DNA from: Aquificales bacterium
Lineage (GTDB): Bacteria > Aquificota > Aquificia > Aquificales > QOAS01
Reading direction: 5' to 3'
Length of the DNA: 64,000 bases
Assembly (NCBI GenBank): GCA_027036735.1
Contig: JALWDU010000056.1
Coordinates: 38,816-102,815 of the forward strand
Every line of letters begins with the position of its first letter. The stretch's first letter is position 1. Made by a program: the position numbers and the translations under genes. This document shows positions 9,910-20,084 of this stretch, one piece after another. A model generated the notes under the pieces. It was not told where the DNA came from and made no database searches. It worked only from the letters and a program-made list of their open reading frames with translations.

Positions 9910-11108
9910 TCATACCTCTCGTAATCTTTAGGCACGGCGCACCCTATTATTTCGTCTTTATTTTTCCTCAAAAATTCGGCGATTCTATCGATATAGTTTT
10001 CATCTATCCTCTCGTGGGTAGGTAAATTTACTATATGCCTCGAAGCGAATTCCCCTATCGGATTTTCCCCATATCGGTAATACCAAAGGTGGAAATTCCT
10101 TTTAATGGGATGGATAGGTGATAGAAACCAATCTCCGAGCTCAATCCTATTTTCCTCCGCCAAACGGAAAATTTTTTCTCTATTCTTCACCAATAAAGGA
10201 AATTTCAAATACGTATGTTCCGCATAAGGTGGTTCATAAGGAGGTTCAAAACCCAAATCGGTCAAAATCTCCTTATAAAAACTTGCCACCTTTTGGCGGT
10301 GTTTTATCAATTTATCTATTTTGTATTCTCCGTTTTCCTTTTGGAAATATTTAAGTCCTTCCTTAGCCTGGGTTTCCGTAAAACCCTTAAGAAAATTCGG
10401 TGGCTCAACCGGTTTTTCCAACTCATAACCTTGAGAGGAACCCAAGATTAAATTCCACTCGCTAAGTTTTCTATAAATCTTTACAGCAGACCAATACACG
10501 TTTGGATTAAGAAACTTTTCCCTCACCTTTAAAAGGGTTTTTAAAAAAAGTTCCTCCTTAAGTGAGGGTTTAACCGCTTGTTCTTCCAATTTTTTTAATT
10601 TCTGCGCCAAATCCTCACGGGTTGTAACCGCAATACCACCTATACCGGTAGAAAAAGGTTTGTTCCACTGGGTGGAAAAAAATGTCGCATCGGCTAACGT
10701 TCCGCTTTTTTTTTCTTTATATTTACTCCCAAACCCGTGGGCGGCATCTTCTACCACAAAAAGGTTGTATTTTTCTGCTATACCCTTTATAGGGTCTATA
10801 TCCGCAGGTAAACCGAAAGTGTTTTGAGCTATTAATACCCTCGTTCGTTCGGTAATTTTTTTCTCAATTTCTTCAACATTTATCGTAAATGTTAAGGGGT
10901 CTATATCGACATAAATGGGTTTCAATCCCAAATAAATTATTGGATTTGGGACAACCACACATGTAAAAGCGGGTAGAATTACCTCATCACCCGGTTTTAA
11001 ATCTAAAGACTTTAATATAGAATATAAAGCAACCCTACCTTTCCAAAAAAGAAAGGGGAATAATCCCAAATATTGTTTAAAACTCTCTCTAAAAGCTTCA
11101 ACATACAT
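9906..11108 (-). CDS. DegT-family aminotransferase (second, divergent copy)
   Basis: 400 aa. PGDEVILPAFTCVVV and FFSTQWNKPFSTGIGG (PLP-Lys region). 4-nt overlap with the upstream gene. Confidence 0.8.
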   Translation of the reverse strand: MYVEAFRESFKQYLGLFPFLFWKGRVALYSILKSLDLKPGDEVILPAFTCVVVPNPIIYLGLKPIYVDIDPLTFTINVEEIEKKITERTRVLIAQNTFGLPADIDPIKGIAEKYNLFVVEDAAHGFGSKYKEKKSGTLADATFFSTQWNKPFSTGIGGIAVTTREDLAQKLKKLEEQAVKPSLKEELFLKTLLKVREKFLNPNVYWSAVKIYRKLSEWNLILGSSQGYELEKPVEPPNFLKGFTETQAKEGLKYFQKENGEYKIDKLIKHRQKVASFYKEILTDLGFEPPYEPPYAEHTYLKFPLLVKNREKIFRLAEENRIELGDWFLSPIHPIKRNFHLWYYRYGENPIGEFASRHIVNLPTHERIDENYIDRIAEFLRKNKDEIIGCAVPKDYERYE

Positions 11109-11113
11109 AGTAA

Positions 11114-11710
11114 TTACTCCACTTTTTGGATATAAATGAAAGATTTTTCCCCTTTGTGTAATTCAAATTCCTTAACTTTTTTCGCTCCCATTTTTTCGTA
11201 AAATTTTTGAGCCCCTTGGAGTTTCTCCCCCACCACAATTTTAAATTTATCTACACCCCACCTTTCCATATAATCCGTTAGCGCCTTATATAAGTTGGTG
11301 GCTATGCCCCGCTTCCTATAAGATGGTTTAACCGCAATACTCAAAAGTTCCGCCGGTGGTAAATCCAACTCTTCCGCCTGTCCCGTATAGCGATAGGTTT
11401 CTAAAAATTTAAATAACCTTTTGGGGTTTAAAAGAAGTTTAACCAAAACCTTTAAAAGGGTATATTTGCACTCCTTTAATAGGATTCTCTTTATATCCTC
11501 AAACTCCAAAGAGCCGGCTACAAAACCCCTAACCTCCCCATTTTCCACATCGACCAAAAGAACCGCCTTATCGCTTAGAGATATAGCCTTATATAGGCAA
11601 AAGAGAAATTCTTCCCCCAAAGTGGGTAAAAATCCGGTAGAAATAGCTTCCTTGTGGAGTTTTGCAACCTGCCTTAGAATCCTCTCGTCGAGGGGATTTT
11701 CCAAAATCAT
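11114..11710 (-). CDS. GNAT family N-acetyltransferase
   Basis: 198 aa. Acetyl-CoA motif A-like VKPSYRKRGIATNLY. Confidence 0.7.
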   Translation of the reverse strand: MILENPLDERILRQVAKLHKEAISTGFLPTLGEEFLFCLYKAISLSDKAVLLVDVENGEVRGFVAGSLEFEDIKRILLKECKYTLLKVLVKLLLNPKRLFKFLETYRYTGQAEELDLPPAELLSIAVKPSYRKRGIATNLYKALTDYMERWGVDKFKIVVGEKLQGAQKFYEKMGAKKVKEFELHKGEKSFIYIQKVE

Positions 11711-12873
11711 ACCCTTATATTGGGTAGTTTACCTTTTATCAACCTCCTATAGAGGGAAAGATATTGAGATACCACCTTTTGGGTATCGAACTCTTCCACC
11801 ACCTTTTGTCGGGAGTGTTTAGACATTTGTTCCCTTAATCGGGAATCTTCTATAAGCCTCTCCAACTTTTGGACTATATCATTTATATCCTTATAACGGA
11901 CAAAGAAACCGTTTTTTCCATCTTCTACTATCTCCTTACAGCCCGGAACTTTGTAGGTAATAATCGGGAGACCCACAGCCAAAGCTTCCAAACCGCTGCG
12001 GGGAATACCCTCCCTATCCGATAGAAGCACGAAAATATCGCTATTTTGTAGAATTTCTCTAACCCCTTCGGGGGATAACCATCGGTAGTGTTTTACTATT
12101 CCTTTTTTTGTTGCTTCTTCTATCAATTCCCTTTTAACCGCAAAGGGATTTCCGTCGTAAAAATCCCCTATAAGGATAAATTCGACCTTTTCCCCAAACT
12201 TTTTTTTCAAAATTTCTGCAACCTTAATAAATTCCTCAATACCTTTATGTTTAATAAGTCTCCCCACGGTTACGACCCTTATAAGGTGGTTTTCTCCTTT
12301 GTTTTTCTTCAAAGGTTTCCATACATCGGTATCCACACCGGAACCCTTAATTAAAAAAGCCTTTCTGGGGTCTAAAACTTTCTTCCTATTAAATAGTTCT
12401 AAATCATCACTATTTTGAAAAATTACCGCATCGGAGAATTTAAAGGTCAATTTGTAAGCGTTTATTATTAAAAACCTTATAAGGGAACTTTTTAAATCTT
12501 TTTCCACGAAAAAGGAACCCAAGCCGGTAATTGTGTTTACTATTATTGGAACTTTGGCAAATTTTCCCGCAATAGTTCCGTAAATATTGGGTTTTGCCGT
12601 AAAGGTGTGGAGGATATGGGGTTTAATTTCCTCTAACCTTTTACGGATTTCAAGTATTGTTTTTAATTCCCTTAGGGGGTTTAAAGATTTTCTTTCGATT
12701 TTGTATTCAATCCATTTGATGTTGTATTTTTCAAACTTTTTTACATAATCCCCTTCGGGGGTAAGTGCGAAAACCTCCCACCCCTTTTCGACCAAAGCTT
12801 TCATTAAAGGGAGACGGAACAGATAAAGGTTGATGTCTATATGAGAAAGAAAAACTATTTTTGGAGCTTCCAT
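11707..12873 (-). CDS. Glycosyltransferase family 4 (GT-B)
   Basis: 388 aa. C-terminal donor-binding region SDREGIPRSGLEALAVGLPIITYKVPGCKEIV. Confidence 0.85.
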   Translation of the reverse strand: MEAPKIVFLSHIDINLYLFRLPLMKALVEKGWEVFALTPEGDYVKKFEKYNIKWIEYKIERKSLNPLRELKTILEIRKRLEEIKPHILHTFTAKPNIYGTIAGKFAKVPIIVNTITGLGSFFVEKDLKSSLIRFLIINAYKLTFKFSDAVIFQNSDDLELFNRKKVLDPRKAFLIKGSGVDTDVWKPLKKNKGENHLIRVVTVGRLIKHKGIEEFIKVAEILKKKFGEKVEFILIGDFYDGNPFAVKRELIEEATKKGIVKHYRWLSPEGVREILQNSDIFVLLSDREGIPRSGLEALAVGLPIITYKVPGCKEIVEDGKNGFFVRYKDINDIVQKLERLIEDSRLREQMSKHSRQKVVEEFDTQKVVSQYLSLYRRLIKGKLPNIRV

Positions 12874-12876
12874 TAA

Positions 12877-13540
12877 TCACCCCTCTAAGGAGTTTATCAA
12901 TTGTTTCCACCTAAGGGCGATTTTATCGATATGAAAATCAAAAGCCCTTTCGGGGGATTTTTTTTCATATTTCTTTAACATTTTTTCCTCTTTCAACAGT
13001 CCCTCCAAGGTTTCTATCCATATTTTTTCTTCCCTTGTTAGTTTTTCGTTCGCCTTTAACTTCCTCCTCTCAAAGGTCGGCATCAATATCCCGTATTTCG
13101 CTATTTCTGCTTCCTTGGTCTCCTTCAAAAAGTCCGTATCCGGTGCCAATATCTCCCTCGGTCCCGTTCTGCAGTCGGTCGATATTACAGCCTTACCCAC
13201 AGCCAAACTTTCGGCTACAACATTTGGAAACCCTTCCCACAATGAGGTAAATACAAAAGCCTTTGAAAGCCTTACAAACTTATACGGATTATTTTGAAAT
13301 CCTAAAAAATAAACGTCGTATCCTTCGTGTAGCTTATCCCTATCCCATACGTAGGTTTTTAATCCCAAATTTTCCAATAACTCAACTAAGTAATTTTTCA
13401 ATTCCCCTTCTCCCAATAAAACCAGCTTTAATTCCTTTTGTTTTCTCTTTAGTTCTCTAAATATCCTTAGCAAATACCACTGTCCTTTTTGAAAGGTTAA
13501 CCGTCCTATATTTACCAAATAAGGATAATCCTTGAGAAAT
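12877..13540. repeat. Direct repeat copy A (~0.65 kb, GT4 C-terminal domain)
   Basis: By my alignment the nucleotide sequence is very similar to 16035..16692. One exact run is ccatattttttcttcccttgttagtttttcgttcgcctttaac. Identity is estimated by eye at about 85-90 percent. Confidence 0.85.
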
Positions 13541-14076
13541 TCGTAAATTTCCAAACCTTCTTCGGATTTTCTTTTTATTTCATCTATATCTAAAGGGTTG
13601 TAAATTACCTTAACTTGTTTCTCCCTTAGGTTTACAAAATTTTTCAACTCGTAACCCAACATGCGGTTGGGAACAACAATAAAGTCCGCCAAAGGGTAGA
13701 GTTTTTTTATTAAAAACCTATAAGGGTGATAACTTTTTCTCGCACCTATTGAGTTTCTTATCGAAATAACCCGCTTATATTCCCTTCCAAGGAGAATGTT
13801 AACAAAATTTGCCCTTTCGAGGAAGCTGATAACAATATCACCCTTTTTGAGGTATTTTTTCAGTTTTCTTACGTAGATAGGGACATAAAGCGTTTTAAGT
13901 ATCGGATTATCCGCAGGGGTAAAGTTTGAAAGCTTTTCAACTTCAACGGGTGGTGAATATTGAATTCTATCCTCTAAGAGGAATATTTTTTTTGGATTTA
14001 GCTTATAACTCAATCGGGTTACAACCCTTTCCGCTCCGCCGCCACCCAAGGAGTTAATTAGGAAGTATAAAGCCAT
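12877..14076 (-). CDS. Glycosyltransferase family 4 (paralogue A)
   Basis: 399 aa. GGGGAERV N-terminus and SLWEGFPNVVAESLAVGKAVISTDCRTGPREIL. The C-terminal domain is about 90 percent identical to the 16035..17255 product. Confidence 0.85.
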   Translation of the reverse strand: MALYFLINSLGGGGAERVVTRLSYKLNPKKIFLLEDRIQYSPPVEVEKLSNFTPADNPILKTLYVPIYVRKLKKYLKKGDIVISFLERANFVNILLGREYKRVISIRNSIGARKSYHPYRFLIKKLYPLADFIVVPNRMLGYELKNFVNLREKQVKVIYNPLDIDEIKRKSEEGLEIYEFLKDYPYLVNIGRLTFQKGQWYLLRIFRELKRKQKELKLVLLGEGELKNYLVELLENLGLKTYVWDRDKLHEGYDVYFLGFQNNPYKFVRLSKAFVFTSLWEGFPNVVAESLAVGKAVISTDCRTGPREILAPDTDFLKETKEAEIAKYGILMPTFERRKLKANEKLTREEKIWIETLEGLLKEEKMLKKYEKKSPERAFDFHIDKIALRWKQLINSLEG

Positions 14077-14096
14077 AATTATTCACCCCTTTAGGT

Positions 14097-16022
14097 TTAC
14101 AACCATTTTTCCGCCCATTGGTGGAAGATGAAGAGAAGCCAAACCTTTTTGTGGTTAACCCCTCTATTTTCCCAATACCCTTTTAGGAGTTTCTTAACCT
14201 CTTTTTCGTCAAAAACCCCCACCCTTTTAACGGTTTCTTCCGAAAGGTATTCCCCATAAAGGTCTTTTAATTCATTTTTGAACCACTCCTGTATAGGAAC
14301 ACCAAACCCTTGTTTTCTTCTATCCACCAACTCTTGGGGAAGATATTTGTATAGAATCCTTCGAAGGATATACTTGGTTTTTCCATCTTTATATTTGAAC
14401 TCTAAAGGCAGTTGGGAACTCCATTCCAATATTTTGTGGTCTAAAAGTGGGTCTCTACCCTCCAAGGCTACCCCCATAGTAGCCCTATCGACCTTTACAA
14501 GTATGTCGTCGGGTAGATAATTTTTTAGGTCGTAATACATAAAAGCCTGTATGGGGTGCAATTTCTCAACCAAATCCCTTTCGAGTTTCGATAAATTGGA
14601 TACCTCCTTTGAAGGTTTCTGTTTAAACAGTTTTTCCAAATCTTGGTTTAAAAATATTTTCACCGTAATATCGTATTGGTCTATATAGTCTTCTTCCTTT
14701 AGTAGGGTCAAAAACTTTTTAACCTTGTCCCTAAGGTGGGTTTTTCTATTTAAAAACGGCAGGATTTGGAAAATATTTTCCACTCCAACCCTTTCGAGGA
14801 GTGAAATTAAAAGTCCCTTTAAAGGGATTTTGGAAAATTTTTCCCACCTCCAATAGGTGGAGTAGTAATATAAATAACCCCCAAATTGTTCGTCCCCCCC
14901 ATCGGCGGAGAGGGAGACTTTAACGTGCTGTTTAGCCAGCTTGGAAACGAGATAGGTAGGTATCGCCGAAGAATCCCCGAAGGGCTCATCGTATAGGTCG
15001 GGTAATTTTGGAATTATCTCAAAAGCCTCTTTAGGGGTGCAATACAGCTCTATATGTTCCGTTCCCAAATGTTCGGCTATCTTTTTGGCGTAGGGAGCTT
15101 CGTTATATCCCCTTTCGTGGAAACCTATGGTAAAGGTTTTTAAGTTATACCCCTCCTTGGTTAAAAGGGCGCATACCAAACTCGAATCTATCCCCCCGCT
15201 TAGGAACATTCCAACGGGAACATCGGCAACCATTCGGAGTTTAAAACTTTCGGTTAATAAATCTTCCAACTCTTGGGTTAGTTCCTCTTCACCTCTTTTT
15301 AGCCACTTTTCCCTATTTTCTATACCCTTTAATAGGTAATCTTCCACCTTCCAATAGGGCTTTATTTCTATATTTCCCTTTAGGTCAATCTCCAAATAAT
15401 GACCCGGAAGGAGTTTATGTGTATCCTCAAAAATTGTGTAAGGTGCACCTATATACCCGTATTGGAGGAATAAACTCAACCCTTCCAAATTTAGCCCTTT
15501 TTTAAACTTTGGGTGTTTGTGAAAAGCCTTTAATTCCGAAGAGAACATAAAAAGCCCGTCTTTGAAATACCAATAAAGGGGTTTGACTCCTATTCTATCC
15601 CTTACAAGGGTTAATTTCTTTTCTTTTTTATCCCAAATGGCGAAAGCAAACATACCCCTAAATTTGTGAACCGCTTCTATTCCCCACCTGTGAAAGGCTT
15701 TTAGGATTACCTCCGTATCGCTATTACTCTTAAAGGTATATCCCTCTTTTTCCAACTCTTTGCGGATTTCTTTAAAGTTATAAACCTCCCCGTTGTAGGT
15801 TATAACCAAATTGTCAAACTCCATAGGTTGGTGTCCGAGAGGGGATAAATCCAAAATGGAAAGTCTTCTGTGGGCTAAAGCCAAACCATGTTGAGGTTCT
15901 ACATAAATACCGGCATCATCGGGACCCCCATGTATAAGGGTATCCCTCATTTGGGTTATGGTTTCTTCTATATCGTAGTTCCCTTTATAGGAGAGGTCTA
16001 AAAAACCCGTTATTCGGCACAT
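14097..16022 (-). CDS. Asparagine synthase (glutamine-hydrolysing) family amidotransferase, glycan-locus type
   Basis: 641 aa. N-terminal Met-Cys Ntn-glutaminase start (MCRITGF) and PP-loop FLSGGIDSS. Confidence 0.88.
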   Translation of the reverse strand: MCRITGFLDLSYKGNYDIEETITQMRDTLIHGGPDDAGIYVEPQHGLALAHRRLSILDLSPLGHQPMEFDNLVITYNGEVYNFKEIRKELEKEGYTFKSNSDTEVILKAFHRWGIEAVHKFRGMFAFAIWDKKEKKLTLVRDRIGVKPLYWYFKDGLFMFSSELKAFHKHPKFKKGLNLEGLSLFLQYGYIGAPYTIFEDTHKLLPGHYLEIDLKGNIEIKPYWKVEDYLLKGIENREKWLKRGEEELTQELEDLLTESFKLRMVADVPVGMFLSGGIDSSLVCALLTKEGYNLKTFTIGFHERGYNEAPYAKKIAEHLGTEHIELYCTPKEAFEIIPKLPDLYDEPFGDSSAIPTYLVSKLAKQHVKVSLSADGGDEQFGGYLYYYSTYWRWEKFSKIPLKGLLISLLERVGVENIFQILPFLNRKTHLRDKVKKFLTLLKEEDYIDQYDITVKIFLNQDLEKLFKQKPSKEVSNLSKLERDLVEKLHPIQAFMYYDLKNYLPDDILVKVDRATMGVALEGRDPLLDHKILEWSSQLPLEFKYKDGKTKYILRRILYKYLPQELVDRRKQGFGVPIQEWFKNELKDLYGEYLSEETVKRVGVFDEKEVKKLLKGYWENRGVNHKKVWLLFIFHQWAEKWL

Positions 16023-16034
16023 TATTTAAACACT

Positions 16035-16692
16035 TTAACTTTGTTCGATAACTTCAATCCATTGCTTTGCAATTTTATCAATATGGAAGTCAAAAGCCCT
16101 TTGAGGAGCTTTTTTTTCATATTCCTTCAATGTTTTTTTCTCCTCCAATAACCCTTCCAAGGTATCTATCCATATTTTTTCTTCCCTTGTTAGTTTTTCG
16201 TTCGCCTTTAACCTCCTCCTCTCAAATGTCGGCATCAATACCCCGTATCTCGCAAACTCCGGTTCCTTTGTTTCCTTCAAAAAGTCCGTATCCGGTGCCA
16301 ATATCTCCCTTGGTCCCGTTCTGCAGTCGCTCGATATTACAGCCTTACCCACTGCCAAACTCTCGGCTACAACATTCGGAAACCCTTCCCATAACGAGCT
16401 AAATACAAATGCTTTAGCCTGCTTTACAAACTTATACGGATTCTTTTGAAATCCCAGAAAATAAACGTCGTATCCTTCGTGCAGTTTATCCCTATCCCAC
16501 ACATAGGTTTTTAATCCTAAATTTTCCGATAACTCTATTAGGTAATTTTTTAACTCACCTTCTCCCAGTAAAACCAGCTTTAGTTCCTTTTGTTTTCTTT
16601 TCAGTTCCTTAAATATCCTCAATAAATACCACTGTCCCTTTTGGAGGGTTAGTCGTCCTATATTTACTAAATAAGGATAATTCTTTAGAAAA
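16035..16692. repeat. Direct repeat copy B (~0.65 kb, GT4 C-terminal domain)
   Basis: Partner of 12877..13540, in the same orientation, 3158 bp away. The copies bracket the AsnB-like gene. Confidence 0.85.
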
Positions 16693-17255
16693 GATAGAGT
16701 TTCCAAACTTTCCAAGGATTTTTTCCTCACTTCCTCAACTTCAATTGGGTTGTATATGGTTCTTAATTTTTGAGGGGGGTATTTCAGATATTTAAGAAAT
16801 TTATACTCCAATATTTTGGAGGTTGTTATAACTTTATTCACATTTCCTTTAAAAGTTCGATAGATATTTAAATAAATATTTTTGATAACGGAATTTAAAG
16901 AAGCTTGCCAAATATCTTGACGAATACTTATTATTGTCATATCCTTTTTAGGAGTTAAAAGATTAACTAAATTTGCAGTTTCACCAAAACTTATAACTAC
17001 TTTGGGTTTTAATTCTCTTACCAATTTTTCTAACTTAGAAATTCTATTTATTACATTTACAGTTTTTAAAAAGATATTTTTTCTTGTAGGACTATCTAAA
17101 TGTAGAATATATCCATTATATGGATAGGTTATTTTTTTATCAAAAAGGGCAAAGTAAATTTCATAATACTTTGAAAGTTCTAAGCTGAGGCGTGAGGCTA
17201 CTCTTTCTTGCCCTCCTTTGGAAAGATGTGGTATAAGTAAAAGAAGTTTATGCAT
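16035..17255 (-). CDS. Glycosyltransferase family 4 (paralogue B, mosaic)
   Basis: 406 aa. The C-terminal domain nearly duplicates paralogue A. The N-terminal domain is divergent and visibly more AT-rich, starting around 16.76 kb. Confidence 0.85.
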   Translation of the reverse strand: MHKLLLLIPHLSKGGQERVASRLSLELSKYYEIYFALFDKKITYPYNGYILHLDSPTRKNIFLKTVNVINRISKLEKLVRELKPKVVISFGETANLVNLLTPKKDMTIISIRQDIWQASLNSVIKNIYLNIYRTFKGNVNKVITTSKILEYKFLKYLKYPPQKLRTIYNPIEVEEVRKKSLESLETLSFLKNYPYLVNIGRLTLQKGQWYLLRIFKELKRKQKELKLVLLGEGELKNYLIELSENLGLKTYVWDRDKLHEGYDVYFLGFQKNPYKFVKQAKAFVFSSLWEGFPNVVAESLAVGKAVISSDCRTGPREILAPDTDFLKETKEPEFARYGVLMPTFERRRLKANEKLTREEKIWIDTLEGLLEEKKTLKEYEKKAPQRAFDFHIDKIAKQWIEVIEQS

Positions 17256-18230
17256 ATACTGTCTTATTTTATGAGTCTACATAAATTAATCAATGCTTTA
17301 ATTAAAGCATATTGTATAAAGTACAATATATCTACAATATTTTCACAAGACAAAATTACCCAAATTAAATTTGCAATTAATGAAGATTGCAATTTTCTAA
17401 AAATGTTTATAAATTTGAACGATAAAGGTTTATCTAAAGAACTAATATGTTTTAAAACTAGAGAATTGGAAAATATAATAGCTCTTCAAGAATTTGTAAA
17501 AGACCATTCAGACAATATAGATTATATTATTGATATAGGAGCTAATATAGGTTTTTTTGTACTTTTGGAAGATTTCCTAAGTAAAAATAAGACTATTTTA
17601 GCTTTGGAACCCGTAAAAGAAAATTTTGAAATTTTGAAAAAAAATATAGAAACTTTTTCTAGTGGATTAAATAAGATAGAAATGCTTAATATTGCGGCTG
17701 GACAAGAAGATAAATTAATAGATTTCTATGTTCATAGTCTTAAAAATTGGAGTTCTATAAACCCGCCAAAAAATTTAAAGAAAAAAATGAATAAAATACA
17801 AGTTCAAAGTGTAAACTTTTCTAAGTTCTTGAAAAGAAGAAATATAAATAAAAATGTGTTTATACGAATGGACATTGAAGGTTTTGAATACAATTTATTC
17901 AGAAATTTAGAAGATTGGCTAAAAACAGCGCAAAATGTATTTTTTAATATTGAAGTACATGCACATATTATGCAGGAAAATACATTTAGATTATTAGATA
18001 TATGGAAAAAAAGCAATTTAAAAATAGAACGTGTAGTATATTCTCTACCATCTATTTATAATTTTTTTATGTGTAGAAACAAAACTCTATATAAATTACA
18101 TAAAGCCTCTGGAAAAAAGCTATTTTCAGATATTATTAATACAGTTAATTCTATTAAATCATGGAATGATTTAGAAGATTTTATAAAACAAAATAAACTT
18201 GGTTTTCACATTTTCTTAAAGAAAGAATAA
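17250..18230 (+). CDS. FkbM family methyltransferase
   Basis: 326 aa. SAM motif IIDIGANIGFF followed by LEPVKENFEILKKN. Very AT-rich. It is the only + strand gene in the locus. Confidence 0.75.
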   Translation: MHILSYFMSLHKLINALIKAYCIKYNISTIFSQDKITQIKFAINEDCNFLKMFINLNDKGLSKELICFKTRELENIIALQEFVKDHSDNIDYIIDIGANIGFFVLLEDFLSKNKTILALEPVKENFEILKKNIETFSSGLNKIEMLNIAAGQEDKLIDFYVHSLKNWSSINPPKNLKKKMNKIQVQSVNFSKFLKRRNINKNVFIRMDIEGFEYNLFRNLEDWLKTAQNVFFNIEVHAHIMQENTFRLLDIWKKSNLKIERVVYSLPSIYNFFMCRNKTLYKLHKASGKKLFSDIINTVNSIKSWNDLEDFIKQNKLGFHIFLKKE

Positions 18231-19489
18231 CTTAGGATAAAAAGAAAAAAATAAGCATAAGATGTAGTCAAGGCTATATAGCTTAATGAAAGCATATTAG
18301 CTATCTTACAGAAAAATAATATATTCAACTTTAAGCACAATGAAATTAACAAAATTAAAACCATTTTGCTTAAATTTTCCCTTATTTGAAAAATTCTATA
18401 AAAGACTCTCCATAGGAATATAAATGGCAAACCTAAAACATAAAATCTCGTAGCCTCCACCGTAAGTTTCATATCTACAATCGAAAATGCACCGTATCCG
18501 AAAAGTAATTTAACCAAATAAGGAGCAAAAACAAATATAAAAACCACAAAAGGTAAAGAAAGCAAAAATATTCTTTTTACATAAAAGTTAACCTTCTCCT
18601 TAGAAGCGTTAACTTCCGATAAAGAGGTTATAACAATATTCTCCAATTTAAAAATCCCTCTGGGTATCATCGCAACCATCCAGCCGTAAGAGAGAGCTGA
18701 AACACTTTTATGTGGCAAATAACTCGCAAAGACTCTATCTATTAACGCATATAGGTGGAAAACGGAATAAACTCCCAAAAGTTGGAGAAATTGTTTTAAC
18801 ATTCCCTTTACGGTTTTGTCTATATAAAACTTTATCTCCCAATAGTGTCTTGAAACCAAGACAATATAACCGGTCGCAATGAATTGGGAAACATCCAACG
18901 CTATTGGTAAAACTTTTGGATTTTTCGTAAAAAGCAAACCCAAGGTGGTAAGGAGAAATGTAAAAAACGAAAATAGGAGTTCTCCAAAAAAGTAAACCGT
19001 AAAGTGTCTTAAACTTCTATGAATTGCCCCAAAGTGGTGAAAGAAAAAGCTAAAAAACAGGTAAGGTATTAAAAGTAAAAAGTATTCCTTTAAAAGTTCC
19101 TTTTCACTTTCGCTATAACCGAAGGCGATGTTTATAACTATTGGACTCAAAATGAAGGCTAGCAGAGTAATAACCACCGCAAGGATTGTTGTAAAGGTTA
19201 ATAAAACTCCCGCAAGGTTTTGAAATTCTTCAAAACTCCTCTGCCGGGCTCTCACCAAATTGGGAACACCGAGAGAGTCAAAAACATCCGTAAAGATTAA
19301 AAATAATCCCAATAAACCCAGAGCTAAAAAGAATGCGTCGGTATCCAAGCTAAAGCCTATCAGTACCGCTATGGCTACCTGTTTTAAATAACCAAACCCC
19401 CTTGAGAGGAGGTTTAAAAAGGAAGACTTAAATATAGCTTGTAAAACCGTTTCCCTATTTGGCTTCAGGATACCTTTTAACCCCTTCAT
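18206..19489 (-). CDS. MurJ/MviN-like (MOP superfamily) polysaccharide flippase
   Basis: 427 aa, polytopic. The N-terminus LLSRGFGYLKQVAIAVLIGFSLDTDAFFLA matches the MurJ pattern (SRxxGxxR...G...DAF). Confidence 0.7.
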   Translation of the reverse strand: MKGLKGILKPNRETVLQAIFKSSFLNLLSRGFGYLKQVAIAVLIGFSLDTDAFFLALGLLGLFLIFTDVFDSLGVPNLVRARQRSFEEFQNLAGVLLTFTTILAVVITLLAFILSPIVINIAFGYSESEKELLKEYFLLLIPYLFFSFFFHHFGAIHRSLRHFTVYFFGELLFSFFTFLLTTLGLLFTKNPKVLPIALDVSQFIATGYIVLVSRHYWEIKFYIDKTVKGMLKQFLQLLGVYSVFHLYALIDRVFASYLPHKSVSALSYGWMVAMIPRGIFKLENIVITSLSEVNASKEKVNFYVKRIFLLSLPFVVFIFVFAPYLVKLLFGYGAFSIVDMKLTVEATRFYVLGLPFIFLWRVFYRIFQIRENLSKMVLILLISLCLKLNILFFCKIANMLSLSYIALTTSYAYFFLFILSYSFFKKM

Positions 19490-19524
19490 CAGAGCAGGAG
19501 GATTATGGTAACCCTAAAGGAGGT

Positions 19525-20070
19525 TTACAGCCTCTTCCAAACCTCCTTTGGGTCTAACTTCAGTTTGCAATTCCCTTCGAGTTCGAAGGAAAACTCACTA
19601 TCCAAAGGAAGGTCTTTGTATTTCCCTTCCCCTGTTAGGGTTTTTAAAACCATTTTTTTCTCTTGTGGGTAGACCAGTAGGTAATACTTGACCCCCTCCT
19701 TGGCGTAGTAGAGCGGTTTAATCTCCTCATCCATTTTCCGCGAAGCGGAAGAGACCACTTCGACAATAATTTTCGGTGTTTTTGTTAGTTTCTCGTCCCT
19801 ATTTCCGCAAACGACCGCAATATCGGGGCGGAATACGGTATCTTCGGAGACTATGTAATCGGTGTCTATCGTCACCACGCAGTCTTTACACTCCTCATTT
19901 TCCTCCAATTGCCGTTGGAGGAGCATAAAGATAATTCCAATTATTCTCTGATGGGTGAGGGAAGGAGAGGCGAGAGCGTAGGGTATACCTTCAACCAGTT
20001 CCCAATCCCCTTCCCACCTTTCGTAATCCCTTACCGTGTAGTGGGGTAGGTGTTTTTTCTGCAAGAGCAT
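19525..20070 (-). CDS. Uma2 (DUF820) family putative endonuclease
   Basis: 181 aa. YERWEGDWELVEGIPYALASPSLTHQRI ... PDIAVV ... IVEVVS is the PD-(D/E)xK-like Uma2 pattern. Confidence 0.75.
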   Translation of the reverse strand: MLLQKKHLPHYTVRDYERWEGDWELVEGIPYALASPSLTHQRIIGIIFMLLQRQLEENEECKDCVVTIDTDYIVSEDTVFRPDIAVVCGNRDEKLTKTPKIIVEVVSSASRKMDEEIKPLYYAKEGVKYYLLVYPQEKKMVLKTLTGEGKYKDLPLDSEFSFELEGNCKLKLDPKEVWKRL

Positions 20071-20084
20071 TATAGGAAATTAAT

